Positions 37,530 to 51,994 are shown, numbered from the stretch's first letter. The stretch is 64,000 bases of DNA from the human T2T-CHM13v2.0 reference genome, Homo sapiens (GCF_009914755.1 NC_060932.1), one strand, 5' to 3'. Notes: generated by a model not told the origin, from the sequence alone. Numbers and translations are program-made.

Positions 37530-37965
37530 TATTGTCTATTCACTTGTCCATTGTTGGCTGAGCATCTTTTATTGAGGCAGATGTATTCTACAGTACCAGG
37601 GAAGTAAAGCTGAGCAAGAGAGACAAGGACCCTGTCCTCATGAAAATTAATTTCTACGGAGAGTGATAGATAAGAAATGCAGAGTTAAATGCATAATAAT
37701 GTCAACTACTGATAGATGCTAGAAAGAAAATAAGTCAGAGTAAAAAGAGAATGAAACGGGAGCCCTGGGTAGGCCCCCTGAAGGAGGTGACATTTGACAA
37801 AGAAATGAATGACACGAGGAAGCAAACTATGTATTATGTAGAGGCAGATGGTTTCAGCTGAAGAGACTGTAAGTGCAAAGCCCGAGAGGTAGGAGCCAAG
37901 TTTGAGGTGTTTGAGGGACAGTCAGAAAATAGTGTGGCAGGGAAGCGGTGATCAGAGGAGAGGTG
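37530..37965 (-). mobile_element. L2 fragment inside L1ME-like sequence
   Basis: AGCAAGAGAGACAAGGACCCTGTCCTCATG; AGGAGGTGACATTTGA; AAGTGCAAAGCCCGAGAGGTAGGA. Confidence 0.65.
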
Positions 37966-38055
37966 AGTTTGTTCATTTATTTGTAGTAGAGTAAAAATAG
38001 AAGCTAGCTAAATGTTCAAAAGTCAAGGCCTGGATAAGTAAATTGTCATATGTTG

Positions 38056-41000
38056 AAGAGGGCAGAGCAAGAAGGCCAAATAGAAGCCTATGTCATTCAT
38101 TCCCCCAACAGGAAGACCAAATTTTAACAACTAACTACAGACAAAAAAGCACCATCAAAAGAACCAAAAATCAGGTGAGCAATCACAGAGTACCCAGTTT
38201 GTAACTTCATTTCACTGAAAGAGGCACTGAAGTGGGTAGAAGACTGTCTTGAATTAAGGACACCACCGCTCCCTCATCCCCAGGCAGTGGCCATGAGGCA
38301 CAGAGAGTCTCTGCATTTGCAGGAGGGAGAGCGAAATGACTGGGAGACATTACACTGAACTCAGAGCTGCCCTATCACAATGGAGGACAAAGCCATGCTG
38401 AATGCAGCCAGTGCCCATGCATGGAAGGAGCATTTGGATCAGACCTGGCCAGAGGGGAATCATCCATCCCAGCAGCAGGAACTTGAGTTTCATGGCAGGC
38501 CTCACCACCATGGGCCAAAGTGCTATGGGGTCCTAAGTAAACTCGAAAGGCAGTCTAGGACACAGGACTGCAATTCTTAGGCAACTCCTAGTGCAGGCAT
38601 TTAGAGCGAGGAGACTAGGGTAGCATGTGACTTACAGAGACATCCAACAGGGCTGCTAAGGGAGTGATTGCACCACCCCTGCCCCAACCCCAGCCAGCAC
38701 AGCTGGCAGCAACCAAAGTGACTCCTTTCTTCTGCTTGAGGACAGGAGAGCAAAGAGTAAAGAGGACATCATCTTGCATCTTGGATGCCAGCTCAGCCAC
38801 AGGATAGGGCACCAGTCAGAGGACCCTATTCCAGGCCCTAGCTCCTGGATGAGATTTCTAGACATATCATGGGCCAAAAGGGAATCCTCTGCCTTGAAGG
38901 GAAGGACCCAGTCCTGGCAAGATTCATCAGCTGATAACTAAAGAGCCTTTGGACCCTGAATAACCAACAGCAATATCCCAGGGAGTACACCATGTAACTC
39001 AGGCTCTGAGATGTGCTGGCATCAGGTGTGACCCAGCACATTCACAGCTGTGATGCATACGGTGAAAGACTTCTGTTTGAGACAGGCAGAAGAAAAAGTA
39101 AAGGAGACTTTGTCTTGCACCTTAGGTACCAGCTTAGCCACAGTGTGATAGAGCACCCCGTAGGCTCCTGGAGTCCCTGATTCCAGGCCTAGGCTCTTGG
39201 ACAGTATTTCCAGACCTTCCCTGGGCCACAGGGGAGCCCACTGCCCTGAAAGGTAAGTCCCAGACCTTGCAGAATTTACCACAAGCTGACCATAGAGCCC
39301 TGGAGTTTTAAGAGAACATTGGCAGTGGCCTGACAGAACTCGCTGTGGGCCAATGATGGTGGTGGTGGTGGTGGTCACAGGAAGAGGCTCCTCTCCCTGT
39401 GAAAGGGGAGGGAAGATTGGGAAGGACTGTCTGGTGGCTTGAGTTCCAGCTTAGCCACAGAATAATAGAACATGAGATAAGTTTCTAAGATTTTTCACTC
39501 TAATCCCTGGCTTCTAGACAGCATCTCTGGACATGCCCAGGGCCTAAGGGAACTCAACACTGTGAAGAGACACAAACCTGGCTGGCTTCACCACCTGCTG
39601 ATTGTAGAGCACTAGGCACTTGAGTGAATATAGGTGGTAGCCAGAGAGTGGTTACAGCGAGCTTTGGGTGAGACCCAATGCTGTGCAGGCTTCAGGTCAG
39701 AAACAGCTCATTCCCAGTGGTGATGGCCATAGGGGTGCTTGTGTCACCCTAACCCCCATTCCAGATGGCTCAGCACAGAGAGAGAGAGAGAGACTCTGTT
39801 TGTTTGGGAAAAAGTAAGGAAAAAGAAGAGTCTCTGCCTAGTAATCCAGAGACTTCTTCTGGATCTTATCCAAGACAATCAAGGCTGTACCTCTATGAGT
39901 CTCCAAGAACCACAGCATTGTTGGGCTGGGGGCCCAAATCCCTTTGAAGACCTGGAGAGCCTTCCAAAGAAGGACAGGCACAAACAAGCCCAGACTGTGA
40001 AGATTATGATAAATGTCAAACTCTTCAATTTGTAGACAGTAATGAACATTTACAAGCATCAGGGCCATTCAGGAAAACACGACCTCACTAAATGAACTAA
40101 CTAAGGCATAAGGAAGCAATCCTGGAGAAAGCAGATAGAGAATTCAAAATAGCTGTTTTGAGAAAACTCAAAGAAATTCAAGACAGCACAGAGAACACAG
40201 AATAGTAGTCCCAGCTACTCAGGAGGCTGAGGTGGGAGGATCACCTGAGCCTGGGAGGTCAAGCCTGCCATGAGCCATGATCATGCCACTGCACTACAGC
40301 CTGGGTGATGGAGTGAGACTTTGTCTCTCAAAAATGAATAAATATTTTTTTAATTTTAAAAATAAAGAAAATAAAGCAGAAATTCTACAGCTGAAAAACA
40401 AAAAGCATATACTTAAGAATGCATCAAAATTAGTGAGTTTAAAGATGGGCCATTTGAATATACAGTCTGTGGAGACAAAAGAAAAAATTTTAAAAAATGA
40501 AGCACACGTACAAGATTTAGAAAATAGCCTCAAAAAGGCAAATCTAAGATTTATTGGCCATAAAGTGGTAATGAAAGAGATAGGAGAAGAAAGTTTATCC
40601 AAAGGAATAATATCAGATAACTACCCAAACCTAGAGAAAGAGATGAGCATTCAAGTACAGGAAGGTTATAAACCACCAGACAAATTTAACCCAAAGAAGA
40701 CTATTTCAAGGCATTTAAAAGTGAAACCCCCAAAGATAAAGGGTAAAGAAATAATTCTTAAAAACAGCAATAAAAAGAAACAAATAACATACAATGAAGC
40801 TCCAGTACATTTGGCAGAAAACTTACTGGTGAAAACCTTACAGACAAGGAGAGAGTGGCATTACATATTTAAAGTGCTAAAGAAAAAAAGCTTTTACCCT
40901 AGAATAGTGTATCTGGTGAAAATATCCCTCAGGCACGAAGGAGAAATAAAGACTTTCAGAGAAACAAAAGCCAAAGGATTTCATCAACACCATACCTGTC

Positions 41001-41286
41001 CTACAAAAAATTCTAAAGGGTGTTCTTTAATTTGAAAGAAAAGGTCATTAATGAGCAATAAGAAATCATCTGAAGATACAAAACACACTGGTAATAGCAC
41101 ACAGAAAAACACAGACTGCTATAACATTGTAATTGTGCCATGTAAACTACTCTCAAATAGAAAGACTAACTGATGAACAAATACATAATAAAAACAACAA
41201 CAACTTTACAAGACATAGGCAATACAATAAGATTCAAAAAACAACAAAAAAGTTAAAAACTGGATGGATGAAGTTAAAGTATAGAG
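38056..41286 (+). mobile_element. L1MA-type (L1M1 5' end) element: 5' UTR, ORF1 and inter-ORF spacer
   Basis: GGCAGAGCAAGAAGGCCAAATAGAAGCC 5' terminus; ~2 kb GC-richer UTR; ORF1 residues QDLENSLKKANLRFIG, TLQTRREWHYIFKVLK, YPRIVYLVKISLRHEGEIKTF. Confidence 0.9.
40205..40343 (+). mobile_element. AluJ right arm inside L1 ORF1
   Basis: GTAGTCCCAGCTACTCAGGAGGCTGAGGTGGGAGGATCACCTGAGCCTGGGAGGTC...GACTTTGTCTCTCAAAAA. Confidence 0.92.
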
Positions 41287-44200
41287 GGTTTTTTCCTCTG
41301 TATTTTAATTTCAGCAGGTTTTGAGGGAATTCATGGTGTTTGGTTACATGGATAAGTTCTTTAGTTGTGATTTCTGAGACTTTGGTGCATTCATCACCCG
41401 AGAAGTGTACACTGTGGTGTTTTATCCCTCAACCCCCTCCTACCCTTTCCTCCAAGTCCCCAAAGTCCATTGTATCACTCTTATGCCTTTGAGTCCTCAT
41501 AGTTTAGCCCCACTTATAAGTGAGAATACACAATGTTCAGTTTTCCATTCCTTAGTTACTTCACTTAGAATAATGGTCTCCAATTCCATCCAGGTTGCTG
41601 TGAATGCTGTTATTTTGTTCCTTGGCATTTCATGACATAGATATCCCACATTTTCTTTACCCACTCATGGATTGATGGGCATTTGGACTGGTTTCATATT
41701 TTTGCAATTATGAATTGTGCTGCTATAAACGTGTGTGTAGGTATCTTTTTTGTATAAGACTTCTTTTCCTCTGAGTAGATAGTCACAAGTGGGATTGCTG
41801 GATCAAATGGTAGATATACTTTTAGTCCTTTAAAGAATCTCCACACTGTTTTCCATAGTGGTTGTACTAGTTTACATTCTCACCAGCAGTGTAAAACTGT
41901 TCTGTTTCCACCACATTCTTGCCAACATCTATTATTTTTTTATTTTTTGATTATGGCCATTCTTGCCAGGGTAAGGTGGTATTGCATTGTGGTTTTGATT
42001 TGCATTTCCCTGATTATTAGGGATGTTGAGTATTTTTCATATGTTTGTTGTCCATTTGTATAGCTTTTTCTTGATAATTGTCTATTCATGTCTTAGCCTA
42101 CTTTTTGGTGGGATTGTTTGATTTTTCTTGCTGATGTGTTTGAGTTCTTTGTAGATTCTGGATATTAGTCCTTTGTCAGATGTATAGATTGCAAAGATTT
42201 TCTCCCACTCTGTGAGTTGTCTGTTTACTCTGCTGATTATTTCTGTTGCTGTGCAGAAGTTAGTTTAATTAAGTCCAACCTATTTATCTTTGTTTGTGTT
42301 GCATTTGCTTTGGGATACTTGGTATGAAATCTATGCCTAAGCCAATGTCTAGAAGGGTTTTTCCAATGTTATCTTCCAGAATTTTTATGGTTTCAAGTCT
42401 TAGATTTAATTCTTTGATCCTTCTTGAGTTGATCTCTGTATTAGAAGAGACAGGAGGATCCAGTTTCATTATTCTACACATGGATTGTCAATTATTTCAG
42501 CACCATTTGTTGAATAGGGTGTCCTTTCCCCACTTTATGTTTTTGTATATTTTGTCAAAGATCAGTTGGCTGTAAGTATTTGGCTTTATTTATGGGCTCT
42601 CTATTCTGTTTCATTGGTCTATGTACCTATTTTTATACCAGTCCCATGTTTTGGTGACTATAGCCTTATAGTATAGTTTGAAGTCAGGTAAAGTAATGCC
42701 TCCAGATATGTTCTTTTTGCTTAGGCTTGCTTTGGCTATGTGGGCTCTTTTTTATTTCCATATTAATTTTAGGATAGTTTTTTTTTCTTGTTCTGTGAAG
42801 AATAATGGTGGTATTTTAATGGAAATTGCATTGAATTTGTAGATTGCTTTTGGCAGTATGGTCATTTTCAAAATATTGATTCTACCCATCCATGAGCATG
42901 GGATGTGTTTCCGTTTGTTTGTATCATTTATGATTTCTTTCATCAGTATTTTCTAATTTTCCTTGTAGAGGTCTTTCACCTCCTTGGTTAAGTATATTCT
43001 AAGTTGTGGGGGTTTTTTGTGTTTTTTTGCAGGGGGCAGCTGTTGTAAAAGGGGTTGAGTTCTTGATTTGATTCTCAGCTTGGTCGCTGTTGGTGTATAG
43101 CAGGGCTACTGATTTGTGTACCTTATTTTTCAACCTAAAATTTCACTGAATTCATTTACCAGTTCTAGGAGCTTTTTGGATGAATCTTTAGGGTTTTCTA
43201 GGTATATGATCATATCATCAGCAAACAGCAGTTTGACTTCCTTTTTAGTGATTTGGATGCCCTTTATTTCTTTCTTTTGTCTGGCTGATTGCTCTGGCTA
43301 GGACTTCCATCACTATGTTGAGTAGAAATGGTGAAAATGGGCATTCTTATTTTGTTCCATTTCTCAGGGACAGTGCTTTCAACTTTTCCCCACTCAGTAT
43401 TATGTTGGCTGTGGGTTTGTCATAGATGGCTGTTATTACCTTAAAGTATGTCCCTCCAATGCAAATTTTTGCTGAGGGTTTTAATCATGAAGCGATGCCG
43501 GATTTCATCAAATGCTTTTTCTGCATCTATTAAGATTATCACGTGATTTTTGTTTTTAACTCTGTTTATGTGGTGTATCACCTTTATTGACTCGTGTATG
43601 TTAAACCATCCCTGCATCCCTGGTATGAAACCCACTTGGTGGATTATCTTTCGGATATGCTCTTGGTTTGGTTAGCTAGTATTTTGCTCAGGATTTTTGC
43701 ATCTATGTTCATCAGAGATATTGTAGTCTTCTTTTTTTGTTATGTCCTTTCCTAGTTTTGGTATTAGGGTGACACTGGCTTCATAGAATAATTTAGGGAA
43801 GATTTTCTCTTTCTCTATCTTTTGGAATAGTGTCAATCAGATTGGTACCAATTCTTATTTGAATATCTGATATAATTCAGCTGTGCATCCATCTGGTCCC
43901 GGACTTTTTTTGTTGGCAGATTTTTTATTACTATTTTAATCTCACTGTTGTTACTGTTCTGTTCAGTGTTTCCATTTTCTCCTGGTTTAATCTAGGAGGG
44001 TTGTATATTTCCAGGAATTTATCCAACTCCTCTAGGTTTTCTAGTTTTTGTGCATAAAGATGTTCACAGTAGCCTTGAATGATCTTTTGTATTTTTGTGC
44101 TACCAGTTGTAATATCTCTCATTTCATTTTTATTTGCACTTATTAGGATCTTCTCTCTTCTTGGTTAATCTCACTAATAGTCTATCAATTTTACTTATCT

Positions 44201-45517
44201 TTTCAAAGAAACAGTTTTTTGTTTTATTTATCTTTTCTATTTATTTGTTTCAATTTCATTTAATTTTGTTCTGATCTTGGTTATTTCTTTCTTCTGCTGG
44301 GTTTGGGTTTGACTTGTTCTTGTTTCTGTAGTTCCTTGAGGTGTGATCTTAGATTGTCTATTTGTACTCTTTCAGACTTTTTCATATAGGCATTTAATGC
44401 TATGAACATTCCCTTTAGCACTGCTTTTGCTGTATCCCAGAGGTTTTGATAGGTTTTGTCACTATTGTCATTCAGTTCAAAGAATTTTTTAATTTACATC
44501 TTGATTTCATTGTTGACCCAATGATCACTCAGAGCAGCTTATTTAATTTCCATGTGTTTGCACGGTTTTGAGGATTCCTTTTGGATTTGGTTTCCAATTT
44601 TATTCCACTGTGGTATGAGACAGCACATGATATAATTTTGATTTTCTTAAATTTATTGAGACTCGTTTTTGTGGCCTATCATGTGGTCTATCTTGGAGGA
44701 TGTTCATGTGCTTATGAATAGAATGTATATTCTGCAGTTGTTGGGTAGAATGTTCTGTAAATATCTGTTAAGTAGGGTATAGTTTAAGTCCATGGCTTCT
44801 TTGTTGAATTTCTGTCTTGATAACCTGCCTAGTGCTGTCAGTGGAGTATTGAAGTCACTCACTATTATTATATTGCTGTCTATCTCATTTCTTCGGTCTA
44901 GTAGTAATTGTTTTATAAATTTGGGACCTCCAGTGTTAGCTGCATATACATTGTGATATTTCCCTTTGGACTAATCTTTTAATCATTATATAATGTCCCT
45001 CTTTGTGTTTTTTAACTGTTGCTGCTTTAAAGTCTGTTTTGTCTCATATAAGAATAACTACTCCTGCTTGCTTTTGGTGTCCATTTGCATAGAATATATT
45101 TTTCCACTCATTTACCTTAAGTTTATGTGAGTCCTTATGTGTCAGATGAGTCTCTTGAAGACAGCAGATACTTGAATAGTGAATTCTTATTCATTCTGCC
45201 ATTCTGTATCTTTTAAATTAAGCTTTTAAGCCATTTACATTCAACATTAGTATTGTGATGTGAGGTGCTATTCTCTGCATCATGCTATTTGTTGCCTGAA
45301 TACCTTGGTTTTTTTTATTGTGTTATTGTGTTATAGGTCCTGTGTGATTTATACTTTAAAGATGTTCTATTTTGGTGGATTTTGAGGATTTGCTCCAAGA
45401 TTCAAAGATCTTTTTAGAGTTTTTGTAGTACTGGCTTGGTAGTAGCAAATTCTCTCAGCATTTGTTTGTCTGTAAAATACTATATGTTTCCTTCATTTAA
45501 GAAGCTTAGTTTTGCTG

Positions 45518-45941
45518 TGTTAAAGCAAATTAAATATGGCCTGAGAAAGACTCCATACTTATATATTTGAGTCCTTGTGGATGGACTGTAACCTAGCTTA
45601 ATAGACAAAATTGAAAACCTAACTTAATAGTATGCACCTGTAACAATAGCTGAGTGCTGGCCAATCCCAGAGGCCATACTTCAACCACTCATAGACTGCT
45701 GAATGTTCAAACTGCATTCAAATAAGCCAAACACCAAGCTGTAACCAATCTCACTGTTTCTGTGCCTCACTTCTGATTCCTGTACGTCACTCTAACTTTT
45801 TTGGCTATAATTTTTTTCTGACAATGAGGCACCCCTGGAGTCTCTGTGAATCAGCTGTGATTCTGGGGGGCTGCCCAATTCACAAATTGTTCATTGCTCA
45901 ATTAAATTCATTTAAATTTAATTCAGCTGAAGTCTTTATCA
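45518..45941 (+). mobile_element. MER57 (MER57A-like) ERV1 solo LTR
   Basis: TGTTAAAGCAAATTAAATATGGCCTGAGAAAGACTCC start, ...CA end, CCAAT boxes; 4-bp TSD GCTG at 45514-45517 and 45942-45945. Confidence 0.88.
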
Positions 45942-46334
45942 GCTGGATACAAAATTCTTGGCAGATAATTGTTTTGCTTAAGGAGGCTAAAGATAGGACC
46001 CCAATCCCTTCTAGATTGTAGGGTTTCTGTTGAGAGATCTGCTGCTAATCTGATAGATTTTCCTTTATAGGTCACCTGATGCTTTTGCCTCACAGCTCTT
46101 AAGATTCTTTCCTTCATCTTGACTTCAGATAACCTGATGACTACATGCCCAGGCAATGACCTTTTTGTGATCAATATCCCAGGTGTTCTTTGAGCTGCTT
46201 GTATTTCGATGTATAGATATCTAACAAGGCCAGGGAAGTTTTCTCACTTATTCTCTCAAATATGTTTTCCAAACTTATAGTTATCTTCTTCTTCAGGAAC
46301 ACCAATTATTCTTAGGTTTGGATGTGTAACATAA

Positions 46335-46685
<351 letters not shown>

Positions 46686-48592
46686 TATTCTTTTTTCTTT
46701 GTCTTTGTCAGATTAGGTTAACTTGAAAGCCTTGTCTTTGAGCTCTAAAGCTCTTTCTCTACTTGTTTGATTCTATTTTTGAGACTTTCCAGTGTATTCT
46801 GCATTTCTCTAAGTGTGTCCTTTATTTCTAGAGGTTGTGATTTTTTTTTAATTTATGCTGTCTATTTCTCTGGAGACATTTTCATCCATATCCTGTAACT
46901 TTTTTTAAAATTTCTTTAAGTTGATATTCACTTTTCTCTGGTGCCTCCTTGAGTAGCTTAATAATTGACCTTCTGAATTCCTTTTCTAGCAACTCAGAGA
47001 TTTCTTCTTGGTTTGGATCCATTGTTGGTGAGCTAGTGTGAGCTTTTGGGGGTGTTAAAGAACAATGTTTTGTCATGTTACCAGAATTGCTTTTCTAGTT
47101 CCTTCTCAACTGGGTAGACTTTGTCAGAGGTAAGATCTAGGACTCAAGGGCTGCTGTTCAGATTCTTTTGTCTCATAGGCTGCTCCCTTGATGTGGTGCT
47201 CTTCCCCTTCCCCTAGGGATGGGGCTTCCTGAGAACTGAACTGCAGTGATTGTTATTTCTTTTCTGGGTCTAGCCACCCAGTGGAGCTACTGGGCTCTGG
47301 GCTGGTACTGGGGAGTGTCTGCAAAGAGTCCTGTGATGTGACCTGTCTTCAGGTCTCTCAGCTGTGGATACCAGCACCTGCTCCAGTGGAGGCAGCAGGA
47401 AAATGAAGTGGACAATGTGGGGGTCCTTAGTTGTATTTTTGTTTAGTGTGCTAGTTTTGTGCTGGTTTGCCTCCAGCCTGGAGGTGGTACTTTCAATAGA
47501 CCATCAGCTGTGATTGTACAGGGAGGATACAAGTTTGTCCTAGTGTCACCTGGATAAGTATTTGAGTTTCTCAGGTGGTGAATGGGGCCATAGAGCTCCC
47601 AAGAAATTATGTCCTTTGTCTTCGGCTACCAGGGCAGGTAGAGAAAGACCATCAGTGGGGGCAAGGTTAGGCATGTCTGAGCTCAGACTCTCCTTTGGTA
47701 GGGCTTACTGCAGCTGCTATAGGGAATGGGGGTGTGGTTCTCAGGCCAGTGAAGTTATGTTCCCACCAGGATTATGGCTGCTTCTGCTGCATCATACAGG
47801 CTTCCAGGGAAGTGGGGGAAATCTGGCAGTGACAGGCCTCATCCAACTCCCATGCAGCCCAAAAGGCCAGTCTCACTCCCACCATGCCCCCCAACAGCAC
47901 CAAGTTTATTTCCAGGCAGCCGGTGAGCAGGGCTAAGAACTTGCCCCAGGCTACGAGCTTCCCACTGAGAAAGCAAACAGGGCTTTCAGGTTTCCTACTT
48001 CCCTGCCTACTGTAGCTTCTGTGCTTGAACCTGTATTCCCTGTTTGTTTGCTCCCTCCCTTGACTATGTCCAGGAAACTTTGCATTTGGTCAAAATTGTT
48101 ACAAAGTTCAGCTGGAAGTTTCCTTCTCCCCGTGGTCTTTCTCCAATTTCACTGGAAGCCCTCCCCAAGGACCCCTGTGAGACAAAATCAGAAATGGCTT
48201 CCCTGGAGACCGAGATGCTCATAGGGCTCTTCTCACTGCTTCCTCTACCCCTATATTTCACTAAGCTCTCTAACTTTTTTTCAGCTCTGGGTAAGGTCAA
48301 ATTTTCTCCTGTGATCTGGACCTTCATGTTCCCCAGTAAGGATGTGTGTTCAGGGGTGGACATTCTTTCTCTCACACTTGGCAGTCCCAGTTTTTGAGCT
48401 GTATCACAGAGCCTGCAGTGGCAAGCCACTTCCTTCAAAGGGTCTGTGAATTCTCTTGGCTTTCCTGGTATGTTGCTGTGGTAGTTCTTAGAGCAAAAGT
48501 TCACAATGTGAGTGCCCACATGCTGCTCTGTCAATCTGAGTGGGAACTACAAATTAGTCCTGCCTCCTATCCACCATTTTTTCTCAACTACC

Positions 48593-50877
48593 AAAGTATA
48601 GAGTTTTATTTAGTTTTCCTTTTTTTGTTTGTTTTATTTTGCAATCAGTGTTATTGTCATCTGTTTAAAATAATGGGTTGTAAGATAATATTTGCAAGCC
48701 TCATAGTAATCTCAAATAAAAAATGTGCACCACAATGGATGTGCACCACAATGGATGCACAAAACATTAAAAAGTAAGAAATTAAATCATGCCACCAGAG
48801 AAAATCCCCATCACTAAAGGAAGACAGGAAGGAAGAAAACAATAAAGACCACAAAACAACCAGAAAAAAAAGTAACAAAATAGCAAGAGTAAGTCCTTAT
48901 TTAGCAATAATAAGATTGAATGTAAATGGACTAAATTTTGTAATTAAAAGAAATAGAGTGGCTGAATGGATTAAAAAACAAGACCCAATGATCCGTTGCC
49001 TACAATGCACTTCACCTAAAAAGATACAAATAGACTGAAAATACAACAATGGAAAATGATATTCCATGCCAATGGAAACAAAGAAGACCAGGAGTAGCTA
49101 TATGTGTATCAGACAAAATCAGTTTCACCACAAAAACTCTAAAAAGAGTTAAAGAAGGTCATTATATAATGATAAAGGAGTTAATTCCACAAGAGGATAT
49201 AACAATTGTAAATATATATGCACCCAATGCTGGGGCACCCAGATATGTAAAGCAAATATTATTAGAGCTAAAGAGAGAGAGAGAGACCCCAATAAAATAG
49301 AAGCTGGAGATGTCAACATCCCATTTACAGGACTGTACAGATCTTCCAAACAGAAAACGAGCAGAAAACTCTGAACTTAATCTACACTATAGACTAAATG
49401 GACCTAATAGATATAGGCAGAACATTTCATCCAACAGCTGAAGAATACACATTCGCCTCAGCACATGATTATTCCCAAGGATAAACCATATGTTAAGTCA
49501 CAAAGCAAGTCTTAAAACATTCCAAAAAATTGAAATAATATCAAGGATCTTCTCTGACCACAATGGAATAAAACTTGTGATCAATAACAATAGGAAACTT
49601 GGAAACTATACACATGGAAAATAAACAATATGCCCCTGAATGACTAATGAGCCAATGAAGAAATTAAGAAGAAAATGTAAAAATTTCTTGAAAACAAAGT
49701 AATGCAAACACAACATATCCAAACCTATGGGATATAGTAAAAGTGGCACTAAAAGGGAAATTTATAGCTATAAGTGCCTACATCAAAAAATAAAAATATC
49801 AGATAAATAGCCTAATGATGCATCTTAAACGAATACAAAAGCATGAGCAAACCAAACTTAAAATTAGTAGACAAAAAGAATAAAGATCAGAGAGGAGATA
49901 AATGAAATTGAACCAAAGAAAATAACACAAAAGATCAACAAAACAGAAAGTTAGTTACCGGAAAAGATACACACACACACACACACACAAAAAAAAAACC
50001 CAAATAACTGTGTATAGAAGGAGTATATCTCAACATAGTAAAAGCCATATATGACAGAGCAAAGCTAGTATTATACTAAATGGGTCAAAACTGAAAGCCT
50101 TTCCTCTAACATCAGGATATGACAGGAATGCCCACTTCCACCACTGTTACAAACAGAGTACTGGAAGTCCCAGCTAGAACAACCAGACAAGAGAAAGAAA
50201 TGGAGGGCATTCAAATTGGAAAGGAAGAAGTCAAAATATTCTTGTTTGCAGACAATATGATCTTATATTTGAAAAAAACCTAAAGACTCCACCAAAAATC
50301 TATTAGAAGTGATAAACAAATTCAGTAAATGTATACGATACAAACATCAACATACAAAAATCAGTAGCATTTCTATATGCCAACAGTGAACACTCTAAAA
50401 AAGGAATCAAATAAGTAATCTCATTTACAATAGCCACAAGTAAAACTAAATACCTATGAATTAATTTAACCAAAGAAGTGAAAGATCCCTACAATGAAAA
50501 GTATAAAACACTGATGAACTAAATTGAAGAGGACACCCCCTAAAAATGAAAAGATATTCTATGTTTATGGATTGGAAGAATCAATATTGTTAAAATGTTC
50601 ATATGATCCAAAGCAATCTACAGATTCAATGCAATCCCTATCAAAATACCAAGGACATCCTTCACAGAAATAGAAAACATAATCCTCAAATTTATATGGA
50701 ATCACAAAAGACCCAGAATAGCCAAAGCTATTCCCAGGAAAAAGAACAAAACTGAAGAAATCACATTACCTGACTTCAAATTACATTACTATGTTAGAAT
50801 AAGCAAAACAGCGTGGTACTGGCATAGGAAAAGACACTTGGGCTGATGGAACAAAACAGAGAAACTAGAAACAAATT
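48593..50877 (+). mobile_element. Continuation of host L1MA: spacer plus ORF2 (EN to RT), internally deleted, no 3' end
   Basis: EGHYIMIK..QEDITIVNIYAPNAGAPRYVKQILLELK (endonuclease); TTGTTTGCAGACAATATGATC (RT); ends abruptly at ...GAAACAAATT. Confidence 0.92.
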
Positions 50878-51994
50878 AGAGCTGAAGAGAGTGATGAACT
50901 TGGATATTTAGCTCGAAAGATTTCCAGGCAAAGTGCTTAAGTTGTGGCCTGGTTTCTTCTCATTGCTTATAGTAGAATGTGAGTGGGAAAATATAAGTTG
51001 ACAGAAAAACTGTTTAACAAAAAGAAACCAGGACTTGATGTAGCCAATCCAGATTAAAAAAAAAAAAAAAATTGGAGCTTCACTGTCAGAAACGTGTACT
51101 CTGAAGAAAAAGTCAAGGGTGTGGGTGTGGCTAGACAATCTTTTGCCAGTGCCTTAGAAGGATCAAAAGGTTATAGTGTTCTATTGTGTTCAATCACACA
51201 AAAGGCTTTTTGAAGAAATTGGGTACGTGAATTGCTCAGGGGTTCCTTTAGCCATCTCAGCAGAAGCCAAAAATAGAGATTGGATTATCTAGGAAAGATT
51301 TGTGGAGGAGTTTCTTACCTAATAAAATGAATTCCAAGACATACATAGGAGACCCACAAGGTTTTTAAGAACTGTATACCAGCAAAAACACTGCCAGTTT
51401 GGATTGAAAGAAACAAATCAGGGATGAAATGAAAAAAATGCTATCAGAATCCCAAAATTCTACCAGAAGGAAACATGCTGATATAATTCCTTAGTTGCAA
51501 ACACATACTACTTTTTATGAAAAAGGGATAACTGTAATAGTGGAGCTATGAGCCCAGTGGGCAGGGTCATGAGCCTCAGAGAATTATGCCTAGGCCTTAA
51601 AATCTAACTAAGTTTGCCAGGTTAGATTTTAAAATTGCTAGAACTGGTGACTCCTGTTTCCTTTTTATTTTCTCCATTTTTGTATGGCAATGTCTACAAT
51701 TATTACCTTATGCCTACCCCATCATTGTCTTTTGAGCAGAGCACATATTTTCTAATTTCATAGGCCCACAAAAGATAAGATACTTTATTCCAGAATTGAT
51801 TGAATCTAAGTGTCACCCATACACATTTTGATTATATAGATGATAAAACTTGGGACTTTGGAGTTAATGAGATTTAGCTGAAAAGGTAAACTTTGAGTTG
51901 ATGCTGTAATGGATTGACATTGGGGGATATTGAGATAGAGTAAATGTATTCCATATGTGGAATGGTGTGCATCTTTGAGAGTCATACAGAAGAC
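50878..51994 (+). mobile_element. MLT1 internal sequence (3' part)
   Basis: GTGATGAACTTGGATATTTAGCT..GTGGCCTGGTTTCTTCT..GCTTATAGTA; TTTAGCCATCTCAGCAGAAGCCA; TTTGAGTTGATGCTGTAATGG, directly abutting the LTR. Confidence 0.75.

Noticed and set aside
47562-48777. ORFs of 117-156 aa on both strands
   Set aside because: They lie in the GC-richer L1PBa 5' UTR and the adjacent L1 spacer; no coding signature.
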